Below, one piece after another: positions 41,285 to 50,510 of a DNA stretch of 60,894 nucleotides; within the stretch, counting starts at the first letter, position 1; every line of letters starts with the position of its first letter. Below the pieces are notes generated by a model that did no database searches, was not told where the DNA came from, and worked only from the letters and a program-made list of their open reading frames with translations. Origin of the DNA: an uncultured virus (IMG/VR IMGVR_UViG_3300035661_004061). Lineage: Duplodnaviria > Heunggongvirae > Uroviricota > Caudoviricetes. The stretch lies in IMG/VR virus record IMGVR_UViG_3300035661_004061. One strand, written 5' to 3'. Both the position numbers and the translations under genes were made by a program.

Positions 41285-44200
41285 TTACATTAAATCTAAA
41301 TTGCATTCATGTAAAACTTTTTTAGTTTCATCACCAAAAATTTTATTCAAAGTTTCTTCAGATTCTTTGAAAAATCCTTTGTACAAATATCCAACTTTCA
41401 TTAATTCTTTAATAACAGATTTATTTATAACTTGTCTATTAACTTTATTCATCATATCTGTAAAATTTTTAAATGGTTGTTTTTCCAAAATTTCCAACAT
41501 AGCCGCTTTATTCGTTTTAAATAAATTAACAGTTTTCATAGGTTCTACAATTCTGTTTTTAACAATTGTGTAATTTTCTTTAGAATAATTTATAATAGCT
41601 TTATAAGAATCTTTTGAATTTATTTCTAAATCTAATTTGGGTTTATGTTCTTTAACCGCTAAATAAAACACAGGATAATGTTTGATTTTTAAATATAAAA
41701 AAGAATAACTATTCATTGCATAAGCAACACTATGACTTTTATTAAAAGCATATTTAGAAGAAGTTTCAATTTTATTAAATAAATATTCTATTGCTTCTTT
41801 TGATAAATTTTTATTTGAATTAGATAAAGTATTGATAACTTCTTCTTTAAATTTAGCTATTTCTGTTGTTTTTTTCTTACTAATAGCTTTTCTAATTTCA
41901 TTAGTTTCATCTAATGGAATACCTCCCATAATATTTAAAATTTCCATAATTTGTTCTTGATAAATAATAGTTCCATAAGTATTTTTTGTTATTTGTCTAT
42001 ATTTTTCATTACTTTCTAATTCTTTTTCCAAATCATTTTTTGATAAATATTTTACCTTATTTTTTATAAAATCTTCAATCATATTTTGTTCTTCATAATT
42101 ATTATGAAGTTTCTGTCTTAAAAAACTTTTCAATTGTTCTAATTGAGGGTTTTGACTTTTTTCTCTCCATTTTAATAATTCTTTCCATTCTTTAATATTC
42201 AATTCTTTTTCAAAAATAGTTTTATATTGAAAATACACTTCTTTAAAATTTTCATTTTTATTAGTATACAAAAATTCTATTTTTCTATTATTTAAATATT
42301 CTTTTTTAGATTCTAACGCCCCTGGTCTTATTAAAGCTAAAAAATCTGAAAGTTCATCAATATTTCTAGGTTCAACTTGTTTTAAATATTTTTCTTTACT
42401 TTCACGAATAACTTTTTTTTCAGAATCTAATTCAGGAATACCTATATAGTTTATTTTTAATAAATTATCCCATATTTCTTTGTTTTCAAAATCTAAATCT
42501 TTTGAATAAACAAATTGTGATTCTTTATCCAAATATTTAATTGCTGTTTCAACTATTGCTAAATTTTTTGAATTTAAAAAATCAAATTTTATTTTATTTA
42601 TATTTTGATCTATATTAAGAACTTTCATACCATCTTTATATTCAACATCATAATTGAAATTTTCACTATCTATAAAAATTGCAGAAGGATGTAAAATATA
42701 ATTAGATACTTCCCCAACTTGTTTTTCTATTAAATTTCTTAATAAAGGTTTTTCTTCATAAATTTTTTCCAATTCTTCTGGAATAGTATCAAAATCTTGT
42801 TGAACATTATCTAAATCATTTAAATCTTCCATATCTTCTAAATTTTCCATATCATAAGCAATTTCATCAATTTTTTTAGATATATTATTTATTTCTTCTG
42901 TTTTATAACCTACAATTCTCAATGTATTTGCAATAGCACCCTTTTTACCAATTTTATTAAAAACTTTTACTGTTGCTGTTTTTCCTTTATATTTTACATC
43001 CAAATATTTTAATAATTCTTCTTTAGCTTCTGCAGACATATTTAAATCGATGTCAGGGTAATCTTTTCTATTTTTATTTAAAAATCTTTCAAAATAAAGA
43101 TTATGTTTAATTGGATCTACTTGATGTAATCCCATCATATACGCAACAAAAGAACTTGCGGCAGAACCCCTCCCCATTGATATTTGATAATTTTTTTCTT
43201 TTAAAAATTCAGTTATATCTTTTAAAATAACAAAATATTTAAAGTAGTTATCATTTTCAAAACTTGCTAAAATTTCTAATTCTTGACTAATTCTATTCAT
43301 ATATAATGGTAGTTCTTCTTTTGAAATAGTTTTTTTAATATTAGGTGATTTCCAATTTTTTATCAAATGTTCTATATTAGGTTCTTCAAAAAATCTTTTA
43401 TCGTTTAAAACGTTTTCATCCCATAAATATAATAATAATTTTCTAAATGCTGAACTCATAAATTTCATTTTTTCTTCTTTGGTTTCAAGTAAATTTAATT
43501 TTTCTTCATTAACTAAAATATTTGGTAGATTAGGTTCTTCTTTTAATACAACATTTTCTTTAATAATATTTATTTTTTCATTAAATCTTTGTGTATTAGC
43601 TAAAATTTTAGAATATATTCCTTTTAATTTAATTTCATCATCAATTCTATTTTTTGCTTTCATTCGACTAGATTTAAATTCTATAAATTTTGAACTATGA
43701 ATAAATTTATTTTCTTCATATAAATTTTGGGGATTTTCAATTTCTTCATAAGATAATTTTTGATTACTTTGAATATGTTTATATAACATATAACTTTTAT
43801 AATCGGATTTATTAGTAAAACTATTATTATTAAAAAATATCGGTGAAAACGACCATTTATTAGGCAAATAATCTAATTCTATATCAGGTTCAACACCTAT
43901 TAAAACATTTGAATGTGTGATAAAATTATTTTTTAATAAAATTTTATTTAAACTATAAGGTAAAACTATAGTTACAGTATTAGGTAAATTATTTAAATTT
44001 TTTAAAGTAATTTGATTATCCAAAATTTTTGATTGAACAATTTGTATATCTTCTCTTTTAGTAAATAATAAATTTATATCATATAACCCACCAAAATTAA
44101 TTTTTAAATTAGGAATACATTTTAATTTATCTTCTGAAGTTGAAATTGTTTTATTTTTAAATTCTACATAATCTAAATATTTATTTAAATTTAAAAAATT

Positions 44201-45850
44201 TCTATCTGAAACAGAAAAAGATTTAATATTATTATCTTCTATAAATTTTATTACATCTTCATATTTACCCATTTTAAATTTATCATTTGTAGTATTTATA
44301 CCTAATGCTATATTAAAATTAGAAGTAGGTATTCCTAATTCAAGTGGAACTGTTTTTGTTACTTGAATTATATTCGATATTTTATCACTTAAATAATCTT
44401 CGTTTCCTTTGTTAAATTTAGAGTGCCATTCATTAAAATCTTTAACATCATTATTTGGTAATTTAATTTGTGGAACTTTATTATTTTCATCAGGATTAGA
44501 AATAATTGGTCCTATGACTTTGGACATATTTTCTATAAATTCAACACCACTAACGTCATTGTCTCCTAAAATATAAATATTTTTACCTAAAAACAACGAT
44601 AATTCTTGTTTCGATAATTGACTTCCAGCACCTGGAATTGAAATTGCTGGATGTTCTAATTGAACAGCTGTATTTGCATCTGTCCCACCTTCAAATATAA
44701 TAATAGTATCTGAAGTTTCTAATAAATCTTTATTATAAATAGTTAAAGGTCCGTATCCCATAAATCTAAATTCTTTTTTAACATTAGGATCTAAACTTCT
44801 AAATTGAATACCTTCAACTTGTCTTTCTTTTTCTCCAAATCCAGGTTGTCTAAAAAAAGGCATTATTACTTTATTGTTTTTAAATGGAATATCTTGATAT
44901 TTATTTAAAAAATCATATTTTTGTAAATAAAATATACCTTTAATAGTTTTAACAATTTCTTTTTCTTGATCATTTAATTTATTATTTTTCATTCTATCAT
45001 AAAAATTTTCCAAATATGAAATATCTTTATTCTTAATAAAAGAACTTTCTAAACAAATTTCAAAAAAATCTTCAATTTCAATAGTTAAAACTTTTTTACT
45101 AAATTTTTCTATCATAAATTTTTTCATAGGATGAATTTTACTATCTTCTAAATATAAAATTCCTCTATCTTTTAAGGTTTTTTCGTTAATATTTCTTGTT
45201 TCAAAATAATTTTTTAATTCTATTTGTGGAGAATTAGATAATTCTTTTTTCATGAAATTATAAAATTCTTTTAAAATTTCTTGTTTTGCTTCGATTTCTT
45301 CTTTCATATCATATTTTTGTGAAAATATAGAATTGACATCAAATTCTTCACCATACATTTCTTGATACAAATATTGAGAAACATTTATTATCATTTCTTC
45401 TTTTTTTAATATATCAATTGATATTTTTTCATTTTGTGAAATTTCTATTAAATTTTTTAAACTTTTTTCTAATTGGAATTTTTCTATTAATTCTTCACCA
45501 TAATTATATTCTTCTTCTGTTAAGTTATTTTGTTCTAAAACTTTTTTAAAATTTTTAGAATCAAAATTTCCTTTAATAGTCATAATTTTTGAAAAAAGAT
45601 TCCAATTATAATGCATTAAAAATTCTAATGAATTTGTTCCAGAAATACCACAAGCAAAACATTTAAAAATACTTCTACTATCTTTGATAGAAAGTGCAGG
45701 TGTTTTATCATTGTGTTTATGTCCAACTGTAAAACATCTTATTTTTAATTCAGGTATATTTATTGCCTTATCTTCTGTTACATTATTCAAACCAAAATCA
45801 ATATTTAATTTATTTTGTAATTTTACAGCTGTTCCTAATATTAAACCCAT
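41285..45850 (-). CDS. DnaG-type primase (CHC2 zinc finger + TOPRIM) fused to Pol III alpha (DnaE)
   Basis: RCF..GHKHNDKTPALSI...FKCFACG; QFRS; FEGGTDA, GDNDVSG, KDFNE; then His-less PHP, GRGSAAS, LYFERFLN..R.DYPDID, HPSA, KFDFL, ALIRPG, YQEQIM and YAFNKSH in one uninterrupted frame. Confidence 0.92.
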   Translation of the reverse strand: MGLILGTAVKLQNKLNIDFGLNNVTEDKAINIPELKIRCFTVGHKHNDKTPALSIKDSRSIFKCFACGISGTNSLEFLMHYNWNLFSKIMTIKGNFDSKNFKKVLEQNNLTEEEYNYGEELIEKFQLEKSLKNLIEISQNEKISIDILKKEEMIINVSQYLYQEMYGEEFDVNSIFSQKYDMKEEIEAKQEILKEFYNFMKKELSNSPQIELKNYFETRNINEKTLKDRGILYLEDSKIHPMKKFMIEKFSKKVLTIEIEDFFEICLESSFIKNKDISYLENFYDRMKNNKLNDQEKEIVKTIKGIFYLQKYDFLNKYQDIPFKNNKVIMPFFRQPGFGEKERQVEGIQFRSLDPNVKKEFRFMGYGPLTIYNKDLLETSDTIIIFEGGTDANTAVQLEHPAISIPGAGSQLSKQELSLFLGKNIYILGDNDVSGVEFIENMSKVIGPIISNPDENNKVPQIKLPNNDVKDFNEWHSKFNKGNEDYLSDKISNIIQVTKTVPLELGIPTSNFNIALGINTTNDKFKMGKYEDVIKFIEDNNIKSFSVSDRNFLNLNKYLDYVEFKNKTISTSEDKLKCIPNLKINFGGLYDINLLFTKREDIQIVQSKILDNQITLKNLNNLPNTVTIVLPYSLNKILLKNNFITHSNVLIGVEPDIELDYLPNKWSFSPIFFNNNSFTNKSDYKSYMLYKHIQSNQKLSYEEIENPQNLYEENKFIHSSKFIEFKSSRMKAKNRIDDEIKLKGIYSKILANTQRFNEKINIIKENVVLKEEPNLPNILVNEEKLNLLETKEEKMKFMSSAFRKLLLYLWDENVLNDKRFFEEPNIEHLIKNWKSPNIKKTISKEELPLYMNRISQELEILASFENDNYFKYFVILKDITEFLKEKNYQISMGRGSAASSFVAYMMGLHQVDPIKHNLYFERFLNKNRKDYPDIDLNMSAEAKEELLKYLDVKYKGKTATVKVFNKIGKKGAIANTLRIVGYKTEEINNISKKIDEIAYDMENLEDMEDLNDLDNVQQDFDTIPEELEKIYEEKPLLRNLIEKQVGEVSNYILHPSAIFIDSENFNYDVEYKDGMKVLNIDQNINKIKFDFLNSKNLAIVETAIKYLDKESQFVYSKDLDFENKEIWDNLLKINYIGIPELDSEKKVIRESKEKYLKQVEPRNIDELSDFLALIRPGALESKKEYLNNRKIEFLYTNKNENFKEVYFQYKTIFEKELNIKEWKELLKWREKSQNPQLEQLKSFLRQKLHNNYEEQNMIEDFIKNKVKYLSKNDLEKELESNEKYRQITKNTYGTIIYQEQIMEILNIMGGIPLDETNEIRKAISKKKTTEIAKFKEEVINTLSNSNKNLSKEAIEYLFNKIETSSKYAFNKSHSVAYAMNSYSFLYLKIKHYPVFYLAVKEHKPKLDLEINSKDSYKAIINYSKENYTIVKNRIVEPMKTVNLFKTNKAAMLEILEKQPFKNFTDMMNKVNRQVINKSVIKELMKVGYLYKGFFKESEETLNKIFGDETKKVLHECNLDLM

Positions 45851-46066
45851 TTTAAAATCCTTATTTTGTTCATTCTTTATATTTATATTTCTTTATTATA
45901 AAAAATTTTTAATATATATGTATTAAAAAATAATAAAATAATAATTTTTTATTTTAACATAAAAATTAAATTAAATTAAAAAATTTTAAATTTTCAGTTA
46001 TATTTTGACTTATTTAAATTTTTATATATAATTCGTTAAAATTATTGTATATAGGAGAAATCAAAA

Positions 46067-46426
46067 ATGTTAGAAATTCAAAAAGAAAGTATTTTAGTAG
46101 AAGAAAAAGACGGTACATTAAAAAATTATTCTAGTTTTAAAGAATTATTCGTAGAGTTTTCAAAAAATAATATAAAAATTAAAAAAATTACTGATTATGA
46201 AATTACAGCTATGAACGCAGATAATAAAGAAGTTAAATTTTCTTATGGTATGATTACACATACGGATCTTAAAGCTAATTTTGAATATGAAATAAATGAA
46301 CATAGAATTAAATCAAAAGAAAAAATTGAATCTTTGAAAGAAGACGGTATTTTCATATCAGAAAACGAATTAACTAAATTAAATGAACAATTTTCATTTT
46401 TACCAGAAGATATAATAGATAATTAA
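46067..46426 (+). CDS. Hypothetical protein
   Basis: AGGAG RBS, 119 aa, first gene of a four-gene run. Confidence 0.7.
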   Translation: MLEIQKESILVEEKDGTLKNYSSFKELFVEFSKNNIKIKKITDYEITAMNADNKEVKFSYGMITHTDLKANFEYEINEHRIKSKEKIESLKEDGIFISENELTKLNEQFSFLPEDIIDN

Positions 46427-46447
46427 GATAATTTTAAAAGGATTGAT

Positions 46448-46936
46448 ATGACAGAAGAAATCTATAGTGATTTTTTTATTAAAGGTGTTGTTCATAAAAA
46501 TGACGATAGTTTAGAAAATTTTATTAATTATATTTTTGGATATGATGAAAGTATATATTTAAAAAATATTTTAAATACAAAATTTTTTAAAAGTGATTAT
46601 AATGGAAGTGGGATAGATAAGTTATTTCCTTTATCAAGCATGCCTAAAAATGGAAATTGTTATAAAAATACTTTTTATAATAAAAAAAATAGAGAAACAC
46701 AAATTCATATAACTATTGAAGAAAATGAAGAACAATTTGAGTATTTAATTCAAACTATTTCAGAATTAATAAATGAAAGTTCTGATTTTTATGCTTATTA
46801 TAGAAATGAAAAAATGTTATTACCAAAATTATATAAAATAAATTCTTATAGTGTTGAAGAAATATTAATTAACAATTCAGAAGAATATAAAAAAATATGG
46901 AACACTAATTTTAAAAATTTAAATATAAAATATTAA
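46448..46936 (+). CDS. Hypothetical protein
   Basis: AAGGA RBS, 162 aa. Confidence 0.65.
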   Translation: MTEEIYSDFFIKGVVHKNDDSLENFINYIFGYDESIYLKNILNTKFFKSDYNGSGIDKLFPLSSMPKNGNCYKNTFYNKKNRETQIHITIEENEEQFEYLIQTISELINESSDFYAYYRNEKMLLPKLYKINSYSVEEILINNSEEYKKIWNTNFKNLNIKY

Positions 46937-46950
46937 TAATTAATATAATT

Positions 46951-47886
46951 ATGACACAAGAAAATATATTTAATATTTTATTAGGAATGGCTATTGGCGA
47001 TTCAATAGGAATTTCGTACAAAAATTATTTTCAAAATGATATTTTTCTTGAAAAAAAACAATTTTTCTTGGAAAAATTAGAATCAAAAGGTTCTTGTCTT
47101 TATGAAACTGACCAATATAATTACACTGATAATATAGATATTATATTGTTTTTTATATCACATTTTATAAATGAAATTTATGATGTTAATGAAGAAAAAT
47201 TATCTTTAGTTTTGAATAAATGGTTTGATAAATATGACCCTTTTAATATAGATGGTTCATTAAGAATGAAAATATTTAGTAATATTATAAATTCAGAAAA
47301 TTCTTCAAGTTTTTATATGTTAAGGTTAGTATTACCATTAATAATATTAAAACATAATAATTTTGAAAACATTAATAAAGATGAAATAAAAAAAAGAATA
47401 TATTTTATAGCAAGATTTTCAAATAAAGATAAACAATTTTTTAAAACATTTCATTTATTATTTGATATGTTTTTTGAATCTGAAATGACTTTTTCTGAAA
47501 TTAAAACAAATCACATAGAAATAATTGAAGAAATTTATAGTATTGAAGAATTATTTAATGATCACATATATTCAACTTTGAAAATTCTTATGGAAGAATT
47601 GGAAAAAGAAGAAAATATAATTATTTCAATAAAAAATATAATTAGTTATAACATAAGTCCAGAAATAATTATACCATTATTTATATCGTTAAGATTATTA
47701 AAAAATCAAAATGAATTATTGGAATTTGAATATAATAATTTTTTATCAAATCAAAATATTAATAAATTATCCTCGACATTTAATGATATTTATAATAAAA
47801 TTTCGGAAGCTGAAAAAAAATTTTTTTTAAGAAAGAAAGAGGAAAATTATAATGAGGAAAACAGAGAACAAACAAAAAGTATTTAA
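46951..47886 (+). CDS. Degenerate ADP-ribosylglycohydrolase (ARH/DraG)-like protein
   Basis: LLGMAIGDSIG and YTDNID (canonical TDDT); the C-terminal DxD motif is not evident. Confidence 0.6.
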   Translation: MTQENIFNILLGMAIGDSIGISYKNYFQNDIFLEKKQFFLEKLESKGSCLYETDQYNYTDNIDIILFFISHFINEIYDVNEEKLSLVLNKWFDKYDPFNIDGSLRMKIFSNIINSENSSSFYMLRLVLPLIILKHNNFENINKDEIKKRIYFIARFSNKDKQFFKTFHLLFDMFFESEMTFSEIKTNHIEIIEEIYSIEELFNDHIYSTLKILMEELEKEENIIISIKNIISYNISPEIIIPLFISLRLLKNQNELLEFEYNNFLSNQNINKLSSTFNDIYNKISEAEKKFFLRKKEENYNEENREQTKSI

Positions 47887-47896
47887 AAGGAAATAC

Positions 47897-48376
47897 ATGA
47901 CTTCATATGAATTATTAAATAAAATTATTGAAGAAAATAAATTTGAAATCACAACTCCAATTAATATTGAAAAAATAGCTGAAATATTAAATATTAATAT
48001 ATTACATGATAATTTTTTTGAAATTATAGAACCTTTTAGATTTGAAAAAATAGCAGGAAAATTTAATATTTTAATTAATAAACATGAAATAAGTGATCAA
48101 AGAATTAAAAATTTTATTGTATCTTTGGGGATTATGAAAAAATGTAATGAAAATAGAAATATAAATGATGAAGAATTAAAAAAATATGCTATTAAACTAT
48201 TAACACCAATTGATACATTAAATAAAGAATTAAAAAAATATACTAAAAATTATTATTCAAAATTTAATAAAAAACCTTCATTAAAAGAAACTATTTCTTT
48301 TATATCAAATAAATTTAATATAGAAGAAAGTAGAGCAAAAGAAAGAATTTTATTTATAGAAAAAAATATATTTTAA
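47897..48376 (+). CDS. ImmA/IrrE (M78)-like protein lacking HEXXH
   Basis: PINIEKIAEILNI, ILIN, RIKNFIVSLGI (cf. RxxFTIAHELGH) and YAIKLLTP (cf. FAxxLLMP). The RBS favours 47897 over 47852. Confidence 0.55.
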   Translation: MTSYELLNKIIEENKFEITTPINIEKIAEILNINILHDNFFEIIEPFRFEKIAGKFNILINKHEISDQRIKNFIVSLGIMKKCNENRNINDEELKKYAIKLLTPIDTLNKELKKYTKNYYSKFNKKPSLKETISFISNKFNIEESRAKERILFIEKNIF

Positions 48377-48404
48377 CTTTTGATATTAAATTTTTTTATT
48401 TTAT

Positions 48405-48941
48405 TTACATAGAAACTTCTAATTTTTCTTCTTGTAATAAAATAAGTTTTTGACATTCAACTTCGATATCTTTAACAATATTTTTTTGTGTTAACGATAA
48501 TTTTCGATTTTTCTTAATAAAAATTAATAAATCAACTGTATCTATAACATATTTATGTCTAGGATTATCAGATATATTAGCTAATCGGTCAACTAATTTA
48601 ATAGTTAAAGCATAACTTGAAATTCCTTTCATTTTTTGTTTTAAATATTCATTTTTTCCCAATCTTTTTATTTCATTTTCATCATTAGTTAATTCATAAA
48701 CAATTCCAGATACAAGGCTTCCAAAATGTTTTTGAATTTCTTCAATAGTAGCATTAGTGTCTTCTAATGTATCGTGTAAAAGTGCAGCTACTAAAAGGTC
48801 GTCCATTCTTTTTGATTTTTTATAACTAGCTAATAGGTAACTAACAATAATAGGATGAGTAACATACGGTGAATTAGTTTCTCTACGGATTTGTCCTTTG
48901 TGTTTTTCAATAGCAAATTTAATAGCTTTTAATACTTTCAT
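48405..48941 (-). CDS. Stand-alone HD-domain RelA/SpoT-type hydrolase (Mesh1/SAH-like)
   Basis: HKGQIR, PYVTHP, AALLHDTLEDT and IKLVDRLAN. Confidence 0.88.
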   Translation of the reverse strand: MKVLKAIKFAIEKHKGQIRRETNSPYVTHPIIVSYLLASYKKSKRMDDLLVAALLHDTLEDTNATIEEIQKHFGSLVSGIVYELTNDENEIKRLGKNEYLKQKMKGISSYALTIKLVDRLANISDNPRHKYVIDTVDLLIFIKKNRKLSLTQKNIVKDIEVECQKLILLQEEKLEVSM

Positions 48942-49103
48942 AATAAAATTCCTTTTTAGTTTAATTTATATATTATATATTATATTTCCTTAAATTAGTA
49001 TTAAACTTAAAAAAAATATAAATTTATAATAGTTTTTTATTATTTTGATAAAAAATTTTTATTATTTTTTTATAATATCTTAAAATATATAAAAGGGATT
49101 AAC

Positions 49104-49556
49104 ATGAAAATAGATAAAGAAATAGAAAGCAAGTTATTAGATTATATTCAAAATAATTTAAAAGCTATTCAATTAGAAAATAATTTAAGGGACGAAGAAA
49201 CTTTTCCTTCTGAAGAAACTTTAAATCAAAATCTTTTAATAAAGGATGAAAAATTATTAAAAGAACTTAAATTTATATTAAAAAATAGAAAAAGTATGAA
49301 AATAAGTAATTTTTCTAATTTATTTATTGATATAAAAAATGATAAATTTCATTACGAATTAACTTCTAATAATACTATAATTCGTTTGAACAATTCTATA
49401 AATGATAAAATTTCAATAGATGTTCAAATTGAAGAATCTATTGTCGAATGTGAAGATTATAGTTTAGCTGAACAAGAACATTTAACCGAAGAATATTTTG
49501 CTGAAGGTGATAGACGTTATGACCAAATGAAAGATGATTTATTAATGGGTAATTAA
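49104..49556 (+). CDS. Hypothetical protein
   Basis: 150-aa ORF with RBS and an acidic C-terminus. Confidence 0.65.
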   Translation: MKIDKEIESKLLDYIQNNLKAIQLENNLRDEETFPSEETLNQNLLIKDEKLLKELKFILKNRKSMKISNFSNLFIDIKNDKFHYELTSNNTIIRLNNSINDKISIDVQIEESIVECEDYSLAEQEHLTEEYFAEGDRRYDQMKDDLLMGN

Positions 49557-49568
49557 AAAAGAATTATT

Positions 49569-50345
49569 ATGGAAAAAGAAATCACTATATTGGATTTAAT
49601 GAATAATGAATTTTGTTATGATAAAAATGGTAAAATAATTAAAAATATTAAAGAAAAAGAAAAAATTAGAAATATAATAATTGATACTAAAATTTTCAAG
49701 TTAAAAGAAGTGCCATTATGTTTAAAAGAATTTTCTAATTTAATAGAAATAAAGATAATAAATAATGAACTTGAAAATATAAATAATTTAAATGATAAAA
49801 TATTTGATACCGTTGAATATTTAGATTTTAGTAATAATAAAATTCAAGAAATTCCTAAATTTATATCTAATTTTAAATTATTAAAAAGTTTAAATTTTTC
49901 TTTTAATTTTATAAAAAATTTATCATATTTAGAAGAATTAATAAATTTAGAAAATTTAAATATGAAAAATAATCTATTAATTAATATGAGAGGAATATCT
50001 ACATTATTGAAATTAAAATCTCTCTATTTAAATAATAATAAAATTAAATTGATTGAAGATATAGATATATTGAAAAAACACAAATCATATGATTTAAAAT
50101 ATTTTCAAATAGATTCAGAACATTTAAAATACAGTAAACTAAATAGTGAATTTTTAAAAGGAACTGTTTTTAATAAAACAGTTATTCATATTTCAATAGA
50201 TGTATATCAAAAATTAAAAATATTAAATGAAAATTATTTAAAAAAATTAAAAATAATTCAAAAGAAAAAATTTAATAAATTAAATAATATATATTCTAAA
50301 AAAATAGAACCTAATTATCAGGAAGAAAATATTATATATTTTTAA
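49569..50345 (+). CDS. Leucine-rich repeat protein
   Basis: Repeated LxxLxLxxNxI units (LDFSNNKI, LNFSFNFI, LNMKNNLL, LYLNNNKI). Confidence 0.88.
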   Translation: MEKEITILDLMNNEFCYDKNGKIIKNIKEKEKIRNIIIDTKIFKLKEVPLCLKEFSNLIEIKIINNELENINNLNDKIFDTVEYLDFSNNKIQEIPKFISNFKLLKSLNFSFNFIKNLSYLEELINLENLNMKNNLLINMRGISTLLKLKSLYLNNNKIKLIEDIDILKKHKSYDLKYFQIDSEHLKYSKLNSEFLKGTVFNKTVIHISIDVYQKLKILNENYLKKLKIIQKKKFNKLNNIYSKKIEPNYQEENIIYF

Positions 50346-50510
50346 TTTTATAAACTATTTTAATTGAAAGTTTGTAAACAAACAGCTGAAATTAAAACAA
50401 TAGTATGTATTCTCATTACTATTTTCATCATTTTTTATGGTTTTAAAATTAGATTTTTTATCATATTTCCACTTTTTTATTTTATTATAAAAAATAAAAT
50501 AAATATATAA

